Origin: a bacterium
GTDB lineage: Bacteria; SZUA-182; DTGQ01; JAFGSM01
DNA: 15,703 bases
Direction: 5' to 3'
Assembly: GCA_049472355.1 (NCBI GenBank)
Contig: JBLIRP010000086.1
Location: 1 to 15,703 of the forward strand
The stretch's first letter is position 1. The number at the start of each line of letters is the position of its first letter. The position numbers were made by a program, and so were the translations under genes. The notes under the pieces are model-generated. The model ran no database searches. It was not told the origin of the DNA and saw only the letters and a list, made by a program, of their open reading frames with translations. Shown in pieces: positions 7,529-15,703 of the stretch.

Positions 7529-8302
7529 ATGGGGTGTAGTCGGATAACCAAATACGCGGTCTTTGCGATGCTGCTCATCCTTCTTGCGGGGGGGTGCGGA
7601 GGCACCGTCATCGTCTCTCGAGGCCTGCCGGCCGGGGCTTCTCAACGGCGCGTAGCCAAAATGGGCTATTCCATCCAGATCGGTGCCTTTTCCGATCTGG
7701 ATAACGCGGTCCAGTTGACCAGGTCCTTGGAGTCGAAGGGATTGAACGCCTACTATTTCGTCCACAAATCAGGCTACTACAAGGTTCGCTTCGGCGATTA
7801 CACGACCAGGGATGCGGCCCGCAGGAGGGCCGAGCAGGTGCGCAGCGCGGGTATCATATCCGACTACTTCATCGTGAGCCCGGGAAGCTATACCGTTGCA
7901 AATGAACGTAAAAGCGGACGGAGGCACGTGAGGGATGATATCATAGAGACCGCTGAGAGCTTCATCGGCCTCCCCTATCGTTGGGGTGGCTCATCCCCCA
8001 AGGAGGGATTCGACTGCAGCGGATTGACCATGGCGGTTTACCAGCTTAACGGACTCAAACTGCCCCGGTCTTCCTGGCAGCAGTATAGCACAGGGACCCC
8101 AGTCAAGAAGGGACAATTGATGAAGGGGGATCTCGTCTTCTTCGCCCGTCCGCAAACCAGGCGGGTCTCCCACGTGGGCATCTATGCGGGAAACAACAGG
8201 TTCATTCATGCCCCGGGAAAGGGCAAGAGGATACGGATCGACTCGTTGCGAAACGACTTCTTTGCGCAAAATTACATGGGTGCGCGCACCTATGTCCGCT
8301 GA
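7529..8302 (+). CDS. SPOR-domain + NlpC/P60 peptidoglycan endopeptidase, probable lipoprotein
   Basis: Lipobox-like LAGGC after a hydrophobic stretch. SPOR: YSIQIGAFS..NA..YKVRFGDY. NlpC/P60: GLPYRWGG..GFDCSG, HVGIY, FIHAP. Start uncertain (7493 or 7529). Confidence 0.92.
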   Translation: MGCSRITKYAVFAMLLILLAGGCGGTVIVSRGLPAGASQRRVAKMGYSIQIGAFSDLDNAVQLTRSLESKGLNAYYFVHKSGYYKVRFGDYTTRDAARRRAEQVRSAGIISDYFIVSPGSYTVANERKSGRRHVRDDIIETAESFIGLPYRWGGSSPKEGFDCSGLTMAVYQLNGLKLPRSSWQQYSTGTPVKKGQLMKGDLVFFARPQTRRVSHVGIYAGNNRFIHAPGKGKRIRIDSLRNDFFAQNYMGARTYVR

Positions 8303-8460
8303 TCCGTAAGCGATCGCCACGGGGTTACTTCTCCCGCTTTTTCACGCCTTCCTTTCCATACGAAAGGCACTGCCCTCCTCTTCAGGGTTATACGCACCTG
8401 AACGGACACCGGTGAAATGGATGGTGCATCGCACCCGGTCTCATAGATCACACATGTGAT

Positions 8461-9327
8461 ATGGTACATAGCGGGAAGAACGGGATGGACGGGAAGATAC
8501 AGGAGAAATCAGCCGAAGCCCGGTTCGAATTCGGCAGGAACTGGCAGGGCTTCCTCGCCACGATCAATGAGGGGCATATCCGGGAGGCGGAGTCGTCCCT
8601 GCGCGAGATGCTTGAATGCGCCGACATGCGGGGAAAGAGGTTTCTGGATATCGGCTCGGGGAGCGGTCTTTTCAGCCTTGCTGCCCGGCGTCTGGGTGCA
8701 CGGGTCCATTCCTTCGATTACGATCCGCACTCCGTCGCATGCACCATCGCGCTCAAAAACCGTTACGCTCACGGTGATCGTCTGTGGACCATTGAAGAAC
8801 AGTCGGTTTTGGATGACCGGTACATGGCATCCCTGGGTTCATTCGACGTTGTATATTCATGGGGGGTGCTCCACCATACGGGTGACCTGATGAGGGCATT
8901 GCACAATGCGCAGATACCCGTCGGGCATGGGGGTATCCTTTTTATTGCCATCTATAATGACCAGGGATGCATATCACGGTTCTGGGGGGTGGTAAAGCGT
9001 ACGTATTGTTCGGGCCTCCCCGGCAGGGTGGCCACCGGCACACTGTTTTATCCCTACTTCCTTGCAAAGGCCCTTGCCGCGGGAACGATACGGTTCGGGA
9101 ATCCTGTGCGGTACTTCACGGAATACCGGAGAAGGCGGGGGATGTCCCTGTTCCATGACTGGAAGGATTGGCTGGGAGGATATCCCTTTGAGGTGGCAAG
9201 GCCGGAGGTGATCGTGAGCTTTTATCGAGCACGGGGGTTTGTCCTTCGGAAGATGACCACCACCAGCAGGAACGGGAACAACCAGTTTGTTTTGAGACGG
9301 ATCGAGCACTGGGGAGGTGCACCATGA
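8461..9327 (+). CDS. Class I SAM-dependent methyltransferase
   Basis: 288 aa. RFEFGRNW N-terminal motif, FLDIGSGSGLFS motif I, FDVVYSWGVLHHTG, DWLGGYPFEVA. Start may be 8485. Confidence 0.9.
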   Translation: MVHSGKNGMDGKIQEKSAEARFEFGRNWQGFLATINEGHIREAESSLREMLECADMRGKRFLDIGSGSGLFSLAARRLGARVHSFDYDPHSVACTIALKNRYAHGDRLWTIEEQSVLDDRYMASLGSFDVVYSWGVLHHTGDLMRALHNAQIPVGHGGILFIAIYNDQGCISRFWGVVKRTYCSGLPGRVATGTLFYPYFLAKALAAGTIRFGNPVRYFTEYRRRRGMSLFHDWKDWLGGYPFEVARPEVIVSFYRARGFVLRKMTTTSRNGNNQFVLRRIEHWGGAP

Positions 9328-9767
9328 GATATGCGCAGGCAAAGCAGGCGCGTACGTTTGTCATTCGCCTCGAGGATGGCGACGTGGTCCATGAGGCAAT
9401 AGAAGGATTTGCCCGCGAGCACTCCATAGGGGCCGCCGCACTGATCATCATCGGGGGTGCCGATTGCGGGAGCAGGCTCGTGGTGGGACCTGAAGAGGGG
9501 CGTGTCAGTCCGGTGGTCCCCATGGAGCACGCCCTGGAGAATGTGTACGAGGTTGCCGGAACGGGTACCATCTTCCCTGATGAACAGGGGAAACCCGTTC
9601 TCCATATGCACATGGCCTGCGGCAGGGAGGCATCCACGGTGACCGGGTGTGTGCGGAGGGGGGTCAGGGTCTGGCACATCATGGAGGTCATCCTGTTTGA
9701 GCTGAAGGACACGAAAGCAGTGCGCAGGTTTGACCCGGAGACCGGTTTCCATCTTCTCAATCCTTAA
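9324..9767 (+). CDS. PPC/DUF296 domain protein
   Basis: 147 aa. RTFVIRLEDGD start, EVAGTGTIF, LHMHMACG (HxH) and MEVIL motifs. ATGA overlap with the upstream stop, GGAGG RBS. Confidence 0.88.
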   Translation: MRYAQAKQARTFVIRLEDGDVVHEAIEGFAREHSIGAAALIIIGGADCGSRLVVGPEEGRVSPVVPMEHALENVYEVAGTGTIFPDEQGKPVLHMHMACGREASTVTGCVRRGVRVWHIMEVILFELKDTKAVRRFDPETGFHLLNP

Positions 9768-10040
9768 ATCCATCCTTGCCGTTGGGTGACGGGCGTCGCC
9801 GGCTCCCGGGGCGGGTTTTCCGTCGCTCCCGGGGATCTACCTCCCGTATCACCCTCCTTCAATGTTCGGGCTGCCGGACCACTCTCCCACCCCGGATTCC
9901 ATATCATTTTTGACCGATAAGTATTTAGCATACTGTTAAGACCCTGTTGACAAGAATGCACCAAAAGGGAGGGCACAGGAATCAGGCCTCATGCTCGACG
10001 GCGGTGAGTACGTCACTGCAGGAGGCCCCTTCGCACAAGG

Positions 10041-10508
10041 ATGAATGCCACAACACTGAATCTGCTCAGGGAACTCTCCAGTTCCAATATCGTTTTTCGG
10101 GTCAACGCGGCAAAGGAGCTCGGAAAAACGGGCGACAGGGAAGTAGTCCCTGCTCTCATCAAGGCGACAGAGGACAGTAACCACGTGGTGCGTGACAACG
10201 CGGCCTTCGCCCTTGGTGAGCTCGGTGATTCGAGGGCGATTGGTTCTCTGGTGAAGCTTCTTAAGGATGAACATCCCTGGGTGAGGAAAAGTTCTGCAAA
10301 GGCACTGGGATTACTACGCGACAGTCGGGCCATTCCTGCGCTCGGGCAAATGGTCAACGACCCGGAGCCCCTGGTAAAGAGGGCGGCTGTCCGTTCCCTC
10401 GGACAGATCGGAGGGCCGTCGGCGAAACAGTATGTGGAGCCATTCTTCAATGATGCGAGCTTCATGGTAAAAGAAAAGGCGCGAGAGGCCCTGAAAAATC
10501 TCGGCTGA
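10041..10508 (+). CDS. HEAT-repeat (PBS lyase-like) protein
   Basis: 155 aa made of about five 31-aa repeats: VRDNAAFALGELGD, VRKSSAKALGLLRD, VKRAAVRSLGQIGG, etc. Confidence 0.9.
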   Translation: MNATTLNLLRELSSSNIVFRVNAAKELGKTGDREVVPALIKATEDSNHVVRDNAAFALGELGDSRAIGSLVKLLKDEHPWVRKSSAKALGLLRDSRAIPALGQMVNDPEPLVKRAAVRSLGQIGGPSAKQYVEPFFNDASFMVKEKAREALKNLG

Positions 10509-10685
10509 TCTCCTTCACCCCCTTTTCGGAAAATCTCCCCCGGTGAATTGGAATCCGTTATCTTCTCTGCGCATCACGGCAAAATTCCATACATACTGAG
10601 ATACGGGATAACGGCCGGTTTTTGGAGTGAGGCACCTCATGGTATTCAGTACGGGTGTTTCCGTGGACCCGTATTGCAGTAGTCC

Positions 10686-10715
10686 TTGACAAGGCGCCTT
10701 AATACCTTTTAAGCT
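10686..10715 (+). promoter_or_regulatory. Candidate sigma70 promoter
   Basis: TTGACA (10686-10691), 18 bp, TAAGCT (10710-10715), upstream of the Zn-ribbon microprotein ORF. Confidence 0.5.
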
Positions 10716-10758
10716 ATGTGTCGGGATCAGGAGAATGCATCCGCTGGATCGAGAAATA

Positions 10759-10944
10759 ATGATGTGCTGCCATCATGCGATTTCCCCCAGAATCGACTTG
10801 AGCCGGAGACCTCGAATCCGGGTCGTCTGGCAATGTCCCGAGTGCGGCTCTATGCTTGTGCAGACCGTGCACACCCGAGAGGGGGTTACCCTCCTGGAAC
10901 TTTCGTTTTTGATAAATGCCTATGAGGCGTCATTCGGGAATTGA
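10759..10944 (+). CDS. Putative Zn-ribbon microprotein (61 aa)
   Basis: MMCCHH...VVWQCPECGSMLVQTV gives a CxxH/CxxC ligand pattern with beta-strand-like flanks. Preceded by a good promoter. Start could be 10735. Confidence 0.55.
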   Translation: MMCCHHAISPRIDLSRRPRIRVVWQCPECGSMLVQTVHTREGVTLLELSFLINAYEASFGN

Positions 10945-11033
10945 ATCCCTTCGCAGCCGGTGGCCATTTCACTCATCGCCGCAGTCCTCCATCTCCTTTG
11001 TGGTTATATAACAGTTACGATTCAGGGCCTTAG

Positions 11034-11130
11034 CAGCGATTACATGATCTCACCGGGTGACCTCACCAGCGATTGCATTCATAGTGATTGCACAGACAAT
11101 TGCACAGCGATTGCATTTCTATGTGCGATT
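11034..11130 (+). repeat. Cluster of degenerate ~11-bp direct repeats (CAGCGATTGCA)
   Basis: CAGCGATTACA 11034, CAGCGATTGCA 11067, TAGTGATTGCA 11082, CAGACAATTGCA 11093, CAGCGATTGCA 11105, partial GTGCGATT 11123. Confidence 0.7.
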
Positions 11131-11479
11131 CTGTATACTACACTTGGGAATTAATCACACAACCTTCCTGGGGGGATAGACACTGCTTGGGGATTGCTCA
11201 GCCATATATGATAATTGCCTTATAAAAGGGGAGTTTTCGGGCCGGAATCGCAAATCCTTCGCCTTTACCGACGGCATCAGCGACGTCATCTTACCTCTGA
11301 TCACAATCATTATATGGTGCTTATATACATGCGGATTTCTTCGACTGCTTCGGGCACAGGAAACCGGGTCCCGGATTGCTCCCATAAGGGGCCTTGCGGG
11401 TGCCGATCCCGGGCGCCGGAGATAGTGATCCGGTTTGATGGATAAGGAAAGCGGGACCTTTTCGGAGGAGGCGGATGCC

Positions 11480-11995
11480 ATGTCGTATCAGGACATGGAG
11501 CGAAACGAAAATACCTATGAGCACTGCCCTGGGGGACAGTTGCGTGCGGAACCCTTTCGGAAGACCAGGGTGGTCCTGGTAAATTGCTCCGATGCGGAAC
11601 GTGAATCCATCAGGGGGATTATCGAGAGGGACGACGGTATCAGTGTCATCGGCATGGCCAGAAATGAGCATGAGGCGCGGCACATGGTAAGGAATCTTGA
11701 TCCGGATCTCGTGATCATGGATATTCTGGACCCCGAATCCGGAGGGATCGGTTTCCTAAGGAGATTGCATCATTTCTGTCCCAAACCGGTCATTTTGTTG
11801 AGCCCCATGAGCAAAATGACCTTCTCCCTTGTTTTGTCCGCGTTCAAGGTGGGCGCTCACGAGATCATCGATAAGGAGAGCCTCGATCTTTTCGATAGGC
11901 TTCCCTCCTCACGGGACCTTTTCCTTGCAAAGATAAAGAGGATCGCCTCACAGTCCTCCACCCGGGTGCCAAAGGATAGCGTGGTTTTTCATTAG
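11480..11995 (+). CDS. Stand-alone response regulator receiver, CheB-like REC domain, atypical acidic pocket
   Basis: 171 aa from ATG 11480 (GGAGGAGG RBS). RVVLVNCS..ISVIGMARN..LDPDLVIMDI..PKPVILLS..GAHEIIDK matches the CheB-type REC pattern. No methylesterase or other output domain follows. Confidence 0.82.
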   Translation: MSYQDMERNENTYEHCPGGQLRAEPFRKTRVVLVNCSDAERESIRGIIERDDGISVIGMARNEHEARHMVRNLDPDLVIMDILDPESGGIGFLRRLHHFCPKPVILLSPMSKMTFSLVLSAFKVGAHEIIDKESLDLFDRLPSSRDLFLAKIKRIASQSSTRVPKDSVVFH

Positions 11996-12068
11996 GCACC
12001 GGCAGGTTGCGTCATGCCCCGTCTTTTGGGTAGTCTGATCGTGCAATTTCATGTGGTACAATGAAGAA

Positions 12069-14345
12069 TCATCCGCTGATATGCCCCTTTGGCCTCCATG
12101 ATCGCCGCAGGCGCAGGGAGTTGCCGAGCACGAAGACCGAGCTCATGGACATGGCCGCGGCAGCGAAGGCGGGGTTCAGGAGGATGCCGAACACCGGATA
12201 CAGGACCCCCGCTGCAATGGGAATACCGAGGCTGTTGTAAAAGAAGGCCCAGAAAAGGTTCTGCCTGATCACCCGTACGGTCCGGCGTGAGAGCCGCACG
12301 GCATGGGCCACGGACCGCAGGTCGTCCGCGACGAGGGTAATGTCGCTCGCCTCCATCGCCACATCCGTACCCGCGCCGATGGCGATGCCGATGTCCGCGG
12401 CGGTGAGTGCCGGGGCGTCATTGATGCCGTCACCCACCATCGCCACTACCTCTCCCAGGGCCTGCAGCCGCCGGATCTCCGAGGCCTTGTCCTGGGGGAG
12501 CACGCCCGCCATCACACGATCGATGCCGAGGACGCGTGCAATGCCCCGGGCGGTCGTCTCGTTGTCCCCGGTGATCATGGCCACCTTCAAACCCGCACGC
12601 TTAAGCTCGACAATCGCTGCCTGCGCCGAATCCTTCGGCACATCGGCAAGTGCAATGAGGCCGATGGCCCTTCTGCCCTTTGCAACAACGACGCAGGTCT
12701 TCCCCTGGCCGGCAAGGTCATCTGACACGCCCTCCAGTCCGTTCATGGCGATCCCCTCCTGTGCCATGAGGCGGGGGTTGCCCAGCAGGAAGGATGTGCC
12801 GTTCAGGAGCGCCCGGGCCCCGAGGCCGGGAAGTGCCTGGAAATTCCTCACCGGCAGTCGGGAAATCCCCTCCCGTGCCCCCTGCCGCACGATCGCCTGG
12901 GCCAGGGGATGCTCCGATGCCGCCTCCATGGAAGCGGCAAGGAGCAGGACCTCCTCCTTCGTGCTCCCGTCCGCCGCAACGATGTCGGTCACCTCGGGTT
13001 CGCCCCTGGTGATGGTGCCGGTCTTGTCGAACACCACCGTGGTGAGCCGGTATGTCTTTTCCAGGCTCTCCCCGCCCTTTATCAGGATACCGTTTTCAGC
13101 GCCCAGGCCGGTGCCCACCATCACCGCCGTGGGGGTTGCCAGGCCCATGGCGCAGGGGCAGGCAATGATAAGGACGGAGACGAAATTGAGCATGGCCCGG
13201 CTGAAGGAGGTGCCCGGAACGGCCAGATACCAGACCAGGAAGGTGATGACCGCGATCCCCATCACCACCGGGACAAACACGGAGGCCACCCTGTCGGCGA
13301 TCCGCTGGATGGGCGCCTTGCTTCCCTGGGCCTCTTCAACCAGCCGGATGATCTGCGCCAGCACTGTTTCCGCGCCTATCCTGGTTGCCCTGAAGGTGAA
13401 ACTCCCGCTCCGGTTCAGGGTGGCGCCGAATACCTCGCTCCCCTCCACCTTGGCCATAGGGATGCTCTCGCCGGTGAGCATGGATTCGTCGATCGCGGAT
13501 GTCCCGGACATCACGACCCCGTCGGTGGGTATCCTTTCACCGGGCCGCACCAGGACAAGGTCTCCCCTGGCTACCGCCTCGATGGGGATGTCCATCTCCC
13601 TGCCATCCCGTATGACCCTGGCGGTTTTTGGCTTGAGTCCCATGATGCGTTGTATTGCCGCGGAGGTGCGCCCCTTTGCCTTCGCCTCCAGGTATCGTCC
13701 GAGTATAATAAAGGTGACGATCATGGCGGCGCCGTCGAAATAGACATGGGGGGCGATGCCGGCGCCCGTGAAGATCCGGGGGGCGAAGGTGGCCAGGCAG
13801 GAATAGAGGTATGCGGAAAGGGCGCCGATAGCCACAAGGGTATTCATATCGGCGGTCTTCTGCCTGGCTGCCTTGATCGCACCGGAGAGAAAGCGGCTTC
13901 CCACCCAGAAGACCACGGGTGTGGCGAGTGCAAAGAGGCACCAGAGCATGACCTGCCGCGGAATGGGCCTGAGGAAGGGAAACCAGTGCTGCATCGAGCC
14001 GGCGAAGATAATCGCGCTCAGGATGCAGCCCGCAATGAGCTTGATCCGCAGTTCCCTGATCTCCCGGTTGCGCGCCTCCGCAATGGGGTCTTCCTCGCTG
14101 CCGTTCACAGCCCCGAGGAACTCGTAGCCTGCATCGGAGATGATCTTCCTTACCCTTTCGGTGCCTGCCCAGTCAGGCCGGTGAATGATGGTGGCCCTTC
14201 CGGTTGCCAGGTTGACCGGGGCATCGATGACCCCTTCGATGCCCTTCAGGGCGTTCTCCACCCTCCTGACACACGCGGCACAGGTCATCCCCCCGATGGA
14301 GACCGTGGTTTTTTGCGGTGGTGGGAGGACGGCCCTATTCGGCAA
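12069..14345 (-). CDS. copA: Cu(I)-translocating P1B-type ATPase
   Basis: 758 aa. N-terminal [35 protein letters not shown], plus YN and MxxSS transmembrane motifs typical of P1B-1 pumps. Confidence 0.97.
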   Translation of the reverse strand: MPNRAVLPPPQKTTVSIGGMTCAACVRRVENALKGIEGVIDAPVNLATGRATIIHRPDWAGTERVRKIISDAGYEFLGAVNGSEEDPIAEARNREIRELRIKLIAGCILSAIIFAGSMQHWFPFLRPIPRQVMLWCLFALATPVVFWVGSRFLSGAIKAARQKTADMNTLVAIGALSAYLYSCLATFAPRIFTGAGIAPHVYFDGAAMIVTFIILGRYLEAKAKGRTSAAIQRIMGLKPKTARVIRDGREMDIPIEAVARGDLVLVRPGERIPTDGVVMSGTSAIDESMLTGESIPMAKVEGSEVFGATLNRSGSFTFRATRIGAETVLAQIIRLVEEAQGSKAPIQRIADRVASVFVPVVMGIAVITFLVWYLAVPGTSFSRAMLNFVSVLIIACPCAMGLATPTAVMVGTGLGAENGILIKGGESLEKTYRLTTVVFDKTGTITRGEPEVTDIVAADGSTKEEVLLLAASMEAASEHPLAQAIVRQGAREGISRLPVRNFQALPGLGARALLNGTSFLLGNPRLMAQEGIAMNGLEGVSDDLAGQGKTCVVVAKGRRAIGLIALADVPKDSAQAAIVELKRAGLKVAMITGDNETTARGIARVLGIDRVMAGVLPQDKASEIRRLQALGEVVAMVGDGINDAPALTAADIGIAIGAGTDVAMEASDITLVADDLRSVAHAVRLSRRTVRVIRQNLFWAFFYNSLGIPIAAGVLYPVFGILLNPAFAAAAMSMSSVFVLGNSLRLRRSWRPKGHISG

Positions 14346-14535
14346 TCTCGTAGCCCGCCCCTTCGATCCGTTCCCTGATGATCTCCATGTCCACCGGCGC
14401 CGTTTCCTCGAAGGTGACCCTGCCGGTTTTCAGGTCGACGTCAATCTCCTCGACCCCTTCGATTTGCTGCATCGCCTTGGTCACCGCTTCAACGCAGTGG
14501 CCACAGGACATACCCCTTATCGTGACGGTCCTCAT
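14335..14535 (-). CDS. copZ: Copper chaperone (HMA domain)
   Basis: 66 aa [18 protein letters not shown]...[17 protein letters not shown], and the 3' end overlaps the copA start by 11 nt. Confidence 0.93.
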   Translation of the reverse strand: MRTVTIRGMSCGHCVEAVTKAMQQIEGVEEIDVDLKTGRVTFEETAPVDMEIIRERIEGAGYEIAE

Positions 14536-14545
14536 CGGATGCCCC

Positions 14546-15103
14546 TCATTGTAGGGATGTCGGCGTGGCCCACCAGGGGCTGTACATACCCAGGTAGAAA
14601 TAGCTCGGGCTGATCGAGGTGAGGCCGAAGAAGGGTTGCCAGTTCCAGGGAATCCCCATGGCGGATACCGCATCGGGCGATCCGAACCTGGTGATGCCGA
14701 GCCCTCCGAAGCCCCCTATGCCGAGCCCGAGAGAAAGACCGAATCCGGGAGGCACCCGGGTCATTGCCGTGAATCCCTGCTGGCCAAGAGGGGCTGGGGG
14801 CGGCTGTGCACCTGCCAGCCCGATTCCTGAAAATCCTGTGATGCCGTATCCGCCGATCCCTGCGGCATACGGGATGATCATGGTGCTCGGCCATTGATAC
14901 TGGAGCGGAAAGGCCGCCGGCTCGGCCGTCGAGGTGGCCCACCAGGGTGCGCCTATTCCGGTCAGGGACCAGACCGGATAGTATGCCCCGCCGAGTAAGT
15001 CCGAGGGATAGGACCGTTGTGCGGAGGCATTTCGCAGGGGCAGTGCCGATATGACCACAATGCCGAGGACGAGAAAAAGGTATTTCAAATAGGTCCTTTT
15101 CAT
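14546..15103 (-). CDS. Exported low-complexity Gly/Pro/aromatic-rich hypothetical protein
   Basis: 185 aa from ATG 15103 (GAAGGA RBS). Sec signal MKRTYLKYLFLVLGIVVISALPLRNASA. The mature part has only 6 charged residues, PWWAT twice and GIGG(Y/F)G twice. Its stop lies 10 nt before the copZ start. Confidence 0.75.
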   Translation of the reverse strand: MKRTYLKYLFLVLGIVVISALPLRNASAQRSYPSDLLGGAYYPVWSLTGIGAPWWATSTAEPAAFPLQYQWPSTMIIPYAAGIGGYGITGFSGIGLAGAQPPPAPLGQQGFTAMTRVPPGFGLSLGLGIGGFGGLGITRFGSPDAVSAMGIPWNWQPFFGLTSISPSYFYLGMYSPWWATPTSLQ

Positions 15104-15449
15104 GCCGTATCCTTCCGGTGAAGCGATGATTGCATGGAGTTGACGATGGTTATTGATCCTGTTGACGACGCTACCACCTCCCTTGCAGGAAGACATTCCG
15201 ATCATGCGGCACGAATCACGAGAACGTGAACGGAATCCATGAAGAGCCTTGTGCCCCGGCACATGCGCATGCGTCCTGAACATCGAGGCGTTCGCCGCGA
15301 TGAGCGGGTATGATCGATAGCTTTTATCACCTTGGGGATGGCGGGAGGTCACGCGACGACAGGGCCGGCGCACCGGGTGGCAGACAGGAAACATGTAACG
15401 TGAATTTCAGTGATCAAGGGGTTTGTCCGGAACATCCCGCTTATACCCT

Positions 15450-15477
15450 ATTGTACACCGTATATTTTTTTTGGCAA
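15450..15477 (-). promoter_or_regulatory. Candidate sigma70 promoter for the hypothetical-copZ-copA unit
   Basis: Minus strand TTGCCA (15477-15472), 16 bp, TACAAT (15455-15450). Overlapped by the inverted repeat TATAC-N13-GTATA (15442-15464). Confidence 0.5.
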
Positions 15478-15584
15478 GATCCCTCGCCCCGTTCCAGCGT
15501 CGTGAGGGCAACAGAATTCTTTTTGAATCTGTGTCGGATGCGCACAGCAATTCTCATTTTGATGGTGCATCGTCGTGGAAGGTG

Positions 15585-15605
15585 ATGGGGTCAGGTCTTG
15601 AATTG
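15585..15605. repeat. GGGGTCAGGTCTTGAATTG motif, resembling ends associated with RAYT/Y1-transposase loci
   Basis: ATGGGGTCAGGTCTTGAATTG (reverse CAATTCAAGACCTGACCCCAT). Single copy here, and the association with RAYT-type loci is from recollection only. Confidence 0.4.
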
Positions 15606-15630
15606 ACCGTTCTGTCTCGAAAATAGAATC

Positions 15631-15686
15631 ATATTTTAATGTTTCGTGGCGCCGCAAAGCGGCATGAGGGTTTGCTCTGAAAATAT
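15631..15686. repeat. 56-bp miniature palindromic element (MITE/REP-like or ssDNA recombination site)
   Basis: Termini ATATTTTAA / TGAAAATAT (8 of 9 inverted match). Central hairpin TCGT-[GGC bulge]-GCCGC-AAA-GCGGC-ATGA. Confidence 0.5.
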
Positions 15687-15703
15687 CCACTATTCATCTG
15701 AAA

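Noticed and set aside
9910..9938. dif-like half site TTGACCGATAA
   Set aside because: No XerD-like TTATGT(T/A)AA arm after a 6-bp spacer.
10555..10673. Possible ncRNA/riboswitch (CCGTTATC/GATAACGG and TACGGGT/ACCCGTA stems)
   Set aside because: Stems are short, match no motif I recognise, and lie upstream of the candidate promoter rather than in a leader.
11100..11115. Sigma54-like promoter TTGCACAGCGATTGCA
   Set aside because: Lacks the invariant GG at -25/-24, and the similarity arises from the tandem repeat itself.
11034..11130. CRISPR array
   Set aside because: Repeats are only ~11 bp, irregularly spaced, without spacer-length unique sequences. No cas genes.
10960..11154. 64-aa ORF with Cys-containing repeats
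   Set aside because: GTG start without an RBS. The peptide pattern is just a translation of the DNA repeats.
12303..14378. Long + strand ORFs (467 aa and 489 aa) opposite copA
   Set aside because: Antisense shadow frames of a GC-rich gene. No recognisable motifs, while copA has all P1B signatures.
14536..15394. N-terminal extensions of copZ (to 14673) and of the exported protein (to 15394) given by the ORF track
   Set aside because: The RBS and domain or signal-peptide boundaries support starts at 14535 and 15103. The same applies to track starts 1916, 5320, 6877 and 11435.

Overview
A 15.7-kb bacterial chromosomal window of moderately high GC; gene content is compatible with an anaerobic Desulfobacterota-like or candidate-phylum genome, but taxonomy cannot be fixed from this alone. 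The left edge looks like the distal end of an integron-type cassette array. A well-formed attC (truncated by the window edge) precedes a YjhP-like SAM methyltransferase gene, which is closed by a second, partly degenerate attC, followed by one more hypothetical gene with no attC. No integrase gene is in the window. A run of + strand genes follows: RRM RNA-binding protein (with a candidate three-way-junction leader RNA), ICMT/PEMT-family methyltransferase, duplicated-domain membrane protein, exported hypothetical, DgkA, two microproteins, SPOR-NlpC/P60 lipoprotein, SAM methyltransferase coupled to a PPC/DUF296 protein, HEAT-repeat protein, Zn-ribbon microprotein and an atypical stand-alone CheB-type receiver preceded by tandem GATTGCA repeats. 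On the - strand is a copZ-copA copper-efflux unit headed by an unusual exported Gly/Pro/Trp-rich, nearly charge-free protein. The right edge carries two small candidate mobile-repeat motifs. All assignments come from visual motif reading, with no database searches.
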